DNA of 60,848 nt, the filler included, from Basidiobolus ranarum (lineage: Eukaryota): assembly GCA_040143965.1 (NCBI GenBank). It is 13 parts of 13 records of this genome, joined end to end, with 100 filler letters (N's around TTAATTAATTAA, not from the genome) between each part and the next. Parts side by side here need not be neighbours in the genome. Positions count along the whole stretch, not along the records: positions 46,918 to 51,495 come from JASJQH010001906.1; positions 51,596 to 56,173 come from JASJQH010001907.1; positions 56,274 to 60,848 come from JASJQH010001908.1; 10 more parts are not named here. The stretch is one strand, 5' to 3'. Each line of letters starts with the position of its first letter. Positions within the stretch are counted from its first letter, which is position 1. Position numbers and translations under genes: made by a program. Positions 50,950 through 60,848 of this stretch are shown here, one piece after another. The notes beneath the pieces were generated by a model. That model made no database searches and was not told the origin of the DNA. It worked only from the letters and a program-made list of their open reading frames with translations.

Positions 50950-51390
50950 CAGAACTAAAATCAAAAAAATATATACTGCTAATGGTGGAGAATATATTTC
51001 AACACTATTTCATTAATTTTACCATGTTCATGGAATTAAGGAAGAAACTACTGCTCCCTATTCATCTCAACAAAATGGAGTTGCTGATGTGCACCAGCAT
51101 GTTGAATGTGTTAAGGAAGGTCCCAGGGACATGTATGCAAAGTTTGGGCTTGTAGCTCAAGTTTAAAAATCTATGTATTGGAGAACTTCCCAGCTGGTAA
51201 AGCATTCTAAGTAAGTTCCAATTGAGAATCATGGAAAATATCTCAGTGAACTATACAATAACTAAGTACTAAGCTATATATGAATGTGTAAGTGTTTAGG
51301 CAATGCTAATTTCAACAACTGATAGAGCTAACATGACTTTAATTGAAAAGGCAAGATCTACTTTAAAAGTACAAAATATATCTCATAATT
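50950..51390 (+). mobile_element. Copia A integrase fragment interrupted by an internally deleted reverse LTR-A (51088-51317; near-TSD GCTGA/ACTGA)
   Basis: TANGGEY...SQQNGVAD, then the LTR, then DRANMTLIEKARS. Confidence 0.8.
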
Positions 51391-51595
51391 GATAAAAGTG
51401 TTTAGGGGATTTGGAAGTGTTTTGGACAAGATTTGGATTTGTGAATTAGACACTTAAGTTTTATTGAATTGAATATGTCCTATTTATAGTTTACTNNNNN
51501 NNNNNNNNNNNNNNNNNNNNNNNNNNNNNNNNNNNNNNNTTAATTAATTAANNNNNNNNNNNNNNNNNNNNNNNNNNNNNNNNNNNNNNNNNNNN

Positions 51596-51692
51596 ATTGA
51601 GAATAATTGATAATATCTTAGTGAATTATAAGATAACTAAGTACTAAGCTATATATGACTATATAGGTGTTTAGGCAATGTTAATTTCAACA
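51596..51692 (-). mobile_element. Copia family A LTR 5' end (cut by the contig start)
   Basis: Ends GGCAATGTTAATTTCAACA at 51692. Confidence 0.85.
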
Positions 51693-52338
51693 TTCTCAAC
51701 ATTCACCCACTATAATTTTTAAGGATATTCAAAGTTGTGTTTCTTTTGTTAAAAGTCCCAAATTTCATGCTATAATGGGCACATTGACATTCAGCATCAC
51801 TTTGTTAGGGAAGCTATTGAGAACCAGCACATTCAATTGAAGTACTGTCCAATTGGAGACATGATTGCTGATATCCTTGCCCAGCCATTAATAAAGCCAA
51901 ATTTTGAAGAATTAAGATTTAAGTTAGGATTTGGATATATGAATGTTTAGTTGAGTGGGAGTGTTGAAGTTCATTGTCTTCATCATAGTTATCAGCTTTA
52001 TACTTGTACACTTAACTATTTCATATATCACACTTAAGTTGGTTAACATTACTTAGTCACATATCACTTTGCTATATATCAGAACATATATCTTATATAT
52101 ATGTAAATTATGTGAGAATTTGCAATTTTACACTGGAAATTCCAAACCTGTCCAAATTGCCCCAAAAATAGCTCATCTTACTCCCACAGATGTTCTGAAC
52201 ACAACACCAGCATTAGTTTTCTGTGTTTCAACCAAAATATATGAATGCTATATATCTGGAAAATAAATTATAATCTTTCAAGCTACTCACAACTCCATTT
52301 TTCTAAAGTTCCTCCAAACAGCCCATATTTTCTCAATA
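51693..52338 (+). mobile_element. Copia family C 3' end: RNase H C-terminus, PPT and 3' LTR (51962-52338)
   Basis: HIDIQHHFVREAIENQHIQLKYCPIGDMIADILAQPL...*; PPT TTGAGTGGGAG directly before TGTTGAAG. Confidence 0.88.
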
Positions 52339-52479
52339 AATAAGAATTTTAGAATTATCTTTGTGGCATCATTTAGTGAACAAACCCTTTTTGCTTGTGT
52401 TGCTCCATTAGGATTTTCTATGTTTTCTTGCCAGAGTTAGCATCTCTGACTAGCATAAGTTGTTGTAATCCCAGTTGTA

Positions 52480-52945
52480 GACATATTTACCTCAGTACCT
52501 ATCCATCTTTTTCTTTGAATACTGCCCTGGCTTTTTTGTTTCAGCATAGGAATCTGTACTTTCATCTTCAGAGATTTCTTCTTCATCATCTGATTGAACT
52601 ACCTCTCAGCTATGTTTCTCTTCAAGCATAAGTTGCATGTTCAATTGCAATTAACACAAATCTTCCCCTTTGAACATTGTAATATTAGTGATCTCCTTTT
52701 GGTAAGAGTACTCTAATTCACTTGCTGCTATCATGCAGGAGGTTCTTGACATAATGGAGGTAAAATATTTATATTAGAGGCAACTTATGATAGTGTTTTA
52801 GTTTGTTTATTTGTAAGAGAATATGGTGACTTACATGGCAGAAAAGTAAATCAATAGTTTGAGGTATTTGCATGTTTGTATGATAGGATATAACAGATAA
52901 GTGGAGGTAGTAAGATATACTGTTCATATAGATATAGAGATATTC
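52480..52945 (-). mobile_element. Copia family E, copy 2
   Basis: Collinear with 50480-50945 (CCCTGGCTT.TTTGTTTCAG, CTCTAATTCACTTGCT). Confidence 0.7.
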
Positions 52946-53039
52946 CTAATTAGAGTATAGAGGCCATGATATGTTGCTTTCTGTTTCTGATATATGTATC
53001 ATTACCAGAGTTAACCAAGATGTTTACAAATGATTAATT

Positions 53040-53652
53040 ATTTTACTGCTTTGGCTGTTGAACATTGAATTAGCAATTTATCTTTAACATTAAGACAAAT
53101 TGTGTTGAGAGAACTTTGTTTTTCCTTAACCTGAAGTAATGATTTGGTTAAGCATAATTTTGCATTGCTTTCTTTTCTCTAACAATATCTCAAAGTCCTT
53201 TTTCTGAGCTGATAATTGATTCATCCAATTTTCATAAGAGGAAAAATGTATGGAAATTCAAGATGTTGACATTACAGAGGGTGCATGCTTGTGGCTCAAA
53301 GCCTGTTAAACTATCCTGGGAGCTTGTTGGAAGTGGTTTGGAGAAAATAACAAAGCTGGTGGTTTTCACTTGTTGTTTTATTGAGTATTCATTTGACATT
53401 TGTAGTTTTGTCAAGATGTACATAAACTAACATGTAAAGTATGTTAAACAAGATCCTAAAAGCTTGTGTGCAAAATTTGGGGCTTCTAACACAAGTTTGA
53501 AAAATCTATATATCTGAGAACTTCTAAGTTGGTGTCCATTTTCTAAGTAAGTTCCAATTGAGAATAATTTGTAATATCTTAGTGAAATATAGGACAACTA
53601 ACTACTAACAATATATAACTATATAGGTGCTTAGGCAATGCTAATTTCAACA
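53040..53652 (-). mobile_element. Copia family A LTR (53652-53304) with degenerate PBS and gag remnant
   Basis: LTR followed by GGCTTTGAGCCAC, then ATGTCAACATCT... Confidence 0.85.
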
Positions 53653-55848
53653 CCATATAGTCACCAAATTTATAAGCAGTTTCCATCTCTGAGAAATGTA
53701 CTTCCTGCCATCTAAATTAATAAGAGCATAATGGCTGTCAGTCATGATGAAGAATTTAGGAAATCTAAAATTGTTGGCATAAAGAGCTTGTAAAGTATGT
53801 ACAGAATTTTTAGTTTGTGTAGAAAATCCTTAACACATGATATTAGCTATGCTAGCTTGAAAGAAATGTATTTAACTTGGGCATTTGAATTTATTTTTTT
53901 TGAAAGAGATGTTGAAAATCAATATTGAGGTAATGGGTAATAGATAATAATAACATTGAGAGTAGAATTAGTCCCCTCTGGATAAATCTGTGTGATATAG
54001 AAATTCAGAGTTCAACTTAACAAATTGACGAGTTATTCGCCCTATCTTGTTCGGATTATGCACCAAGTGATATGCTATTAGATACTGTTAGCCAGCTTAG
54101 ACTTTTAAAAATAGTGATAGCAAGTATGATGGAGATAATTACTCAGCATATAACGTATTTGGTCAGTTATGCTGTATGTAAGGAGAGACTGCAATCGCAC
54201 CTAGAATGTTACTGTGACCTCAGATCAGTTCAAACTCAATTTTGCACTGTCTAGGCAAAGAAACTGAAAAATTGATTATTTTGATGGTGACAACATTGAC
54301 AATGTCTAATATAAGCTATAATCCACACCCTATGTAGTAACTGGCCCCATTTACTGTGTTTAATTTATTAACAACCTAAGTGATTCGATGCTACTTAGAA
54401 GGAATCGGTGGTCTACCAGATGTTGAAATCATACACAGTAGTACAGTTTCAAAAACATAGTGTTTAGGAGAACTAATTGCACTTGCCTATGCCATGCTCT
54501 CAATTGAGAACCTTCATCGAGCAAATACCATCACACAATCAGTTACAAAGGAATATCCTGTACAGAATGTTATGCACTGTTCAATTTACTGCCCCAGAGA
54601 GTACTGCTGTTTGCATAAATTTTATAGTTATCTGAAACTTGGCATTTTTTTGTGGAATTAGTAAACTGACTGGAGCAGACTCTAATGGTGATTGAAGCAT
54701 CAAATTGATTTTTGAAACCTTCAATATATTGAATTTTGGAAGTATGAATCTATTTTGAAGGAGGAATAATATTGAACCGTTGAATGTTTCCAGAGTTCTG
54801 ATCTTTATGGATTTAACCATATCACGAAGCGATTTGGTTAATGGTTCGATTGATCATATATAACCGGTACTCCAAGCAGGATAAGTAAGCGCATTGATTG
54901 TATCAGGCGTCAGATTGTTGTACTGTCGCAGTTTGAGTAGAGTAAAGAAGTGGTGCATATTCAACCTCCTCTCATTAAAGATAATTGATTCGCAGCAAGA
55001 AATGAATTTAATAATATAATATATTTCGGATCAACTCAAGCACGGTGAGAGAATTGATATCTTAGTCAACAAGACTAATTATGATCATCGTACCATATTG
55101 TGGTCCATCAATATCCTAGTACAAGGTTTGTATTATATATAACGACAAGAAACACTGGAATGCAACCACATTCTCTAGTGCGTCAACACTGATGCGTGCG
55201 CTTTCCCAAAGTACATATATGATCTTTCTTTTCTACGCTAGCATTGTCACTGGCCTTATCGGATGCAAGCAAATGTATGTACAACAAAGCTAGGTGGTGG
55301 AAATACCTGAGCGAGAGAAACTGCCAGCGTTAGTCACATGTGTCACTGCAATAAAGACCAATCAAGCTTGCGATCATTCGAAACTTGATCAAATGTTATT
55401 GGTCATCAATGAAAAATGAGATATGTCCAAGATCAACTAAGACCCGAATGAATCAATTAGTTCCATGATTCTATTTACTTCAACCTGAACATACAAATAC
55501 TTAATTTTAATGCTGATTGTAAATAAAACTCTTCTCACCACAATAGTCAAGAAACCGCCTCGGAACAGGATTGAATATTTATTTATATGTGTTACAATAT
55601 CCAACTTCAACAAGTCAAGATAAAAGTTCATGATGACCAATCAAGCGTGATTACCACAATTGTCAGACATTTATCAAGGTTTCGAAATGGATAAAAGAGT
55701 CCATGGGTTACACGACCCTCAAATGCCTTAATTTGTGAAAAACTAACCGTCAAATAATATAGGTAATAATGACCATGGATTTTTATTGAGTTATATTACA
55801 AAGTTATTTATAAATTATCTTCTCGTCGTTGCTAGAATAAGTATAGGT

Positions 55849-56173
55849 TTAGGCAGCAATTTGTTCATTCTCCTCTTCGTCGAGATCCTCGGCTTCTTTG
55901 GGCATCACCAAATTCAAAACAATTGCTATGATCGAAGCAATGGTGAAACCAGAGTTCACAATCATTTCGGCAGAGATGATGAGGCCGTTGACTGTGGTGT
56001 TAGAGCCCTTGTAGTAAGAAAGTGCATAGGAGAACCAGTCATCCTTAATGGTAGTACCCATACCGAGAGTCATGGCTGCCGCTGCGATAAAACGATCACG
56101 ACGTGTCCATTTGAGGTAAGAGAGAATACGAATGCCGGATACAAGTACATTGGCAAACAGGAAGGTGGTCATT
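55849..56173 (-). CDS. NCS2/NAT-family purine (xanthine/uric acid) permease, C-terminal part, 5'-truncated
   Basis: MTTFLFANVLVSGIRILSYLKWTRRDRFIAAAAMTLGMG...IAIVLNLVMP matches the C-terminal TMs of fungal UapA/UapC-type permeases. Confidence 0.85.
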
Positions 56174-56273
56174 NNNNNNNNNNNNNNNNNNNNNNNNNNN
56201 NNNNNNNNNNNNNNNNNTTAATTAATTAANNNNNNNNNNNNNNNNNNNNNNNNNNNNNNNNNNNNNNNNNNNN

Positions 56274-57013
56274 CCTGGGTTCATCTTTAAGTTAAAGAAT
56301 TGTCTTCTTAGAAGCATCTTGCTGGTAGCAGAACTTGTTTGGTAGGTGTCTTCCCAGGCTTTCCATACCTGTTGGCAGTTTTAGGTCTTGAACATTGAAT
56401 TAGCAATTTGTCTTTAATATTAAGACAAATTGTGTTAAAGGCACTTTGTTCTTTTTTAACCTGGAGTAAAACTTTGGTTTCAGATAGTTCTGCATTGCTT
56501 TCTTCTCCTAAAACAGTGTCCCAAAGTCCTTTTTCTTGCAGCAGCACTTTCATTTTAATTTTCCAAACTTGATAATTGGTTCCATCAAATTTTTCAGAAG
56601 AGGGAAAAGTTCCATAGATTTGAGAGGTAGACATTACAGAGAGTGCAAGCTTGGGGCTCATAGCCTGTTAAAGTATTTGGGAGCCTGTTTGAAGTGGCTT
56701 GGAGAATTAGAGGAATTGGTGGTTTTCACTAATTGATTTATTGAGTAGAAAGTTGACATTTATAGTTTTGTCAAGATGTAAACAAGCAAATGTGTAGAGT
56801 GTGTTAAGGAATGTCCCAGGAACATGTATGCAAAGTTTGGGGCTTCTAGCACAAGTTTGAAAAATCTATATATCTGAGAACTTCTAAGTGTGTAAAAATA
56901 TTCTAAGTAAATTCCGATTGAGAATAATTGATAATATCTTAGTGAATTATAAGATAGCTAAGTACTAAGCTATATATGACTATATAGGTGTTTAGGCAAT
57001 GCTAATTTCAACA
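56274..57013 (-). mobile_element. Copia family A 5' end: LTR (57013-56666), PBS and gag
   Basis: 348-bp TG..CA LTR, GGCTATGAGCCCC, then MSTSQIYGTFPSSEKFDGTNYQVWKIKMKVLLQEKGLWD. Confidence 0.92.
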
Positions 57014-58096
57014 ACAAGTACCTATTATAGTGGCCATCTAGTGCTTAATGTTATAAGTGAGAACTACAAAATGATGTTACACTGAGATAGCGGATGATAG
57101 TTGTAGAAGAAGATAGTAGTACTACAAATTCACTCAAATAAAAGATTACAAATACTAATAGTAAAGCGACAATACAATGTGAAAATTTCCGAAATTATTC
57201 TTTGCATGTAAATAGTGGCGCATGAAATGAAATATCTTGATCAACCTAGTGCTTGCTGAGCTATATCAATGTACATATACGAAAATAGGAATCAATCATG
57301 AGTGCTAGTGTGTATTCTGAAGCAGTTGAAAAGAAATGTCAAGACTCTTTTGGAAATCATTATTATTATTGACTATATCTATGTCACGAACTCAGCCATC
57401 AAATGCAATTCATCCACATATTATTATTAACACTAGCAATACTTTTTGGTTGAATGTAGTGATGCAACACCAACTATCTTTTCTCTTGGATACTTTTAAT
57501 CTATGTACCCACTATGTGTTGAATTGTCATACTAAGCTGTAAAAGATCGGGTACAACCATCTATTTCATTCTTTCGATATTGCCTGCATGTTCACCATAC
57601 ATGTGCCAATAATGAATCACTATTGAAAGATAACTTGGAATTGCGAGTGAAAGCTGGGTAAACCTAGGGTCTACCTTGCGAGATTTATAGCAAGTACTGC
57701 TGCGCATATGAAAGAAGTGTCCATGAATTTTTTGGGATTATTGATGTGAACGTGGCCTATGGCTATTGAAGTAAAATACTGAATGGAGTTGGATGGGTAT
57801 TTGAAATTCAATAATATTAACAAACGTAAGATGTCAATGTAACTCAGGAGAGGAACTCTAAATACTAATGAACCTGACCCACTTGATGGTCATAAACAGT
57901 CCAAACAAAATACTACTAGAATTAACGATTAGCTAGGTTGGAGGTCATCAGTGAAGCATATAGTGAATGACAGTCCGTGACACAAGTATGGATATGCTAA
58001 TGCTACAAACGGAATTTAACAACTGAACGGTTCGAGTTTTCCCTGTTGAAAGTGATGCTCGTCTACAGTAAAGCGGCCCTTCGGCGCTGCGAATTC

Positions 58097-59795
58097 TTAA
58101 GCCACTAAATGGGATTCAAAGCGAAAATTATCAACCTTCTTCTCAGAAGGGGTAACTGGCGGTGTGCCCAGAGCCTCTAAAATGCATTGTGCGGTGGAAA
58201 GATGATCCTCCTCAACCTGTGATTTATCACATCCGCGTTAGCTATTTGCAGTGGGGATTTCTCAATGATTCAGGTTACTTACTAGAACATTGGCACATTG
58301 TGTGGTACTAAGGTAAATGAGGTTGATTCCAGCGTCACTGAGAGGGCTGGACATCGAATGCACGATACCATACCGATCGCAAACTAGATTCATCGTCCAA
58401 GGATTAGTAATCATATTTAAAACCAACATGATGTTCTTTCTTAGCTCACCTCCACCGAAAATCGAAAGGTCAATCTGGATCAACCTCATCGGGCGTCTAG
58501 TCAAACTCATATTAATCATATAGTGCTCGAACTGCGCGAGTATGCTTTCTTCAACGATTAATGAAGTGCCGTCCTCAGTGGCAGTAAATGATACGAATCT
58601 AGATTTTGCACTTCTACTAAACATGTTAACACTACTCTCTCACTATGTTTCAGTAGTAAATTTACCTCAGATCCTCGTCAAGCTCTGGGTACAATAAGAT
58701 TCGGATAAGTTTCATAGCCCAGCTATCTCGGTACTCTTTAACCAAGCCTACAAGTCGCAGCTTGTGCTTTGTAACAATCTTGGTGCATTGACGCCGCACC
58801 TGAATGATAATGTCCTGGTCTACCATATGTCTACCTCCTGTGTTTTCGGGGTTGAAAACCGGTTGCTCAGAGATGGAATTCTGAGCTACAACATCTTCCG
58901 GGGTAGGGTATGTGGACAGTGTGGTAAACTCCATCATATCCAAATCTATAAAGTCAAACCCACAAGCCTGCAGCGTCTCTACAGCAAAAGGGATGCGTTT
59001 TTCTTTGATCTACACGAATTAGTCGGATAAGTAGGAAGTATAATCATATCTCATTGAGGATATTGAAACTCACGAGGAAATAATCGGTTTGGTATGTGGA
59101 TAGATAAAATATACTAATTCCAGCGCGAGCAAGGGGTCCTGTAAGCTCATTGATACGTCTAGAGTTGACCTCTGATCGACAAAACACAATCATAAAATAC
59201 GGATTAGTTTCATATACTGGATATACCTCGAAAGTGCTGACTCCTTACCCATTCCATAAGCGTTATCTATTTCGAGTACCCGAAAAGTATCCGGGCAGAT
59301 GTTGATCTCAGTCGTGGATTTTAATGCAGGTGATTGTAAGAAATCCATTTCAACCGAGTGAACATCTGCGATGACAGAGATCTCCGACAAATTCTCAGTA
59401 TAACTAAAAAAGCTGTCGCGTCTGTTATTTAGAAAGGTTCAGTTTTGAAGAGCACAAGTCGAGATAAAGCGTCGATAAGCGTAAAACAGAGATTCAGCGA
59501 TAATGATAATCAACAAACGAGTATAAAATTGGATAAGAAGAAATACGTTAAGATAATGTTTAAGAGAACATGAATATTTGTTCGCTTTGAAAACCAAAGG
59601 TATGTTGCCATTGATGAGATAACTCAAAGAGACGATACTCGTTCGATCAAAAGCATTGAAGCGGTTTAAAATTGAATAATATATTGACCTTGAAGGAAAG
59701 AATGTGTTCTTAACAATTGCGTGCGTCCATAATGGTCGAGAGTGTATAGGGAAACTGAGAATACGCACACGTGCTGGCAGTATCGAGATGTTCAT
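58097..59795 (-). CDS. CASTOR/GATS-like tandem ACT-domain protein, about 7 exons, apparently complete
   Basis: Spliced: MNISILPARVRILS...FFSYTENLSEISVIAD...RRINELTGPLARAGISIFYLSTYQTDYFLIKE...FVSFTATEDGTSLIVE...DRYGIVHSMSSPLSDAGINLIYLSTTQCANVLVEEDHL...VA*. Two ACT_7-type signatures; GT-AG introns keep the frame. Confidence 0.85.
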
Positions 59796-60848
59796 AAGTA
59801 ATGAGGGAGAACAAATATTGACGAAGTAGTAGAAGACTTTTAATTCCGAGAGGACAAGTCAATCGAAAAATTATCAGTACAATCAGACCGAACAATAAAA
59901 GTATAAGAGGCTGAGTTGGAAGTGAACGCCACAAGACAAAGGAGAAACCGAAGAAATCTTGTTCGAAACCAATACCAAATTGGAACAGTCTGGGTAACTG
60001 AAGAGGGTATTTATACAAATGGAAGGGATCAGTGATGAGACACGATGGAATCAAAAAAGGATGTTCATAGTTAAAACAGGTTTGGAGTCTAGATTACATT
60101 AAACTTTTACTGAGTGGATGGCGGGGGAGTTGAGGTGTGTTTGGGATTATTTCGCGCAGGTGAGTAGAAATTTTCCTCATGTTTCCGGCTTCTGAGGGAT
60201 TGTTGTTTGCTAGTGTCCCTAGTATCTTCATGTGGTGCGCATGTTTCGTTGACAGCTTGCGGTTACACCTATCTCTGTACAATACACCAAGTAACATCAG
60301 CTACGACCACCAGAACCTCGATAAGACTTGATGCTATTACCATTTTTGCAATGTTTGGATCGGTCACGATGATGAATGATGAGCCATTATTATTAACTAG
60401 TAATTTAGCAATACTCTGACTTGCGTTAAAGATTTGGGGCTGATTTGGAACTTATCTGCCCATCCTCGATTTTGGAATACCAATGCCATCTCAGCAAATC
60501 ACAATCCCTCTTCCGGTTATTTCCGCAGTGGTTTTTTTTCGAGGGAGCCACCGATGTTGAGCGACACTGAACAATCGGTGGCAAATGCACTAGAGAAACC
60601 AAGAAACTGATGAAATCCAGAGTACAACAGCAGTTTGCATTGGCCTACCAACGGAAATGCAAGGTTTACTAGGCTAGTACTGCAGTAGATACGAGAACAC
60701 TGGCACTCGCGAGTTACCATAGTAAAGGCTGATAGACTGAGTATATGTTCATCACCGGACCATACCCGAATTGAGACTAATTAAATGGGAAAGAACAAGC
60801 GGCCGTTAGTTTCTCTGCTTCTAACCGTAGGATACGAATAGACCATCT

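Noticed and set aside
54450-54960. Possible minus-strand pseudogene with semi-open frames
   Set aside because: Multiple stops and no recognisable domain.
60400-60848. Possible 3' exons of a minus-strand gene (GT..AG intron-like segments near 60645-60825)
   Set aside because: Frame is ambiguous and no product is recognisable; truncated by the window end.

Overview
Eukaryotic DNA from an early-diverging fungus (a Basidiobolus/Zoopagomycota-like origin is inferred from short, mostly 56-64 nt introns and the gene content). It is not one locus: 13 contigs of about 4.6 kb, in descending size order, are joined by artificial N44-TTAATTAATTAA-N44 linkers. Host genes or gene fragments: a bacterial-type CHAP amidase C-terminus, two tandem proteinase K-like subtilisins, a TGL2-like lipase (probable GC-AG intron), a bacterial-like MFS transporter, three hevein/CBM18 proteins (one a CE4 chitin deacetylase abutting a mitochondrial cox1 fragment), a Thr-rich CBM19 protein, an NCS2 purine permease, a CASTOR/GATS-like ACT protein and an internally deleted sphingolipid C9-methyltransferase pseudogene. 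Much of the rest is nested transposon debris: an abundant Copia family with a half-tRNA(iMet) PBS, other Copia families, a Gypsy element with a possible Tf1-like self-priming signature, CACTA and Harbinger remnants, and one unclassified repeat family. All assignments come from reading motifs by eye; no database searches were run.
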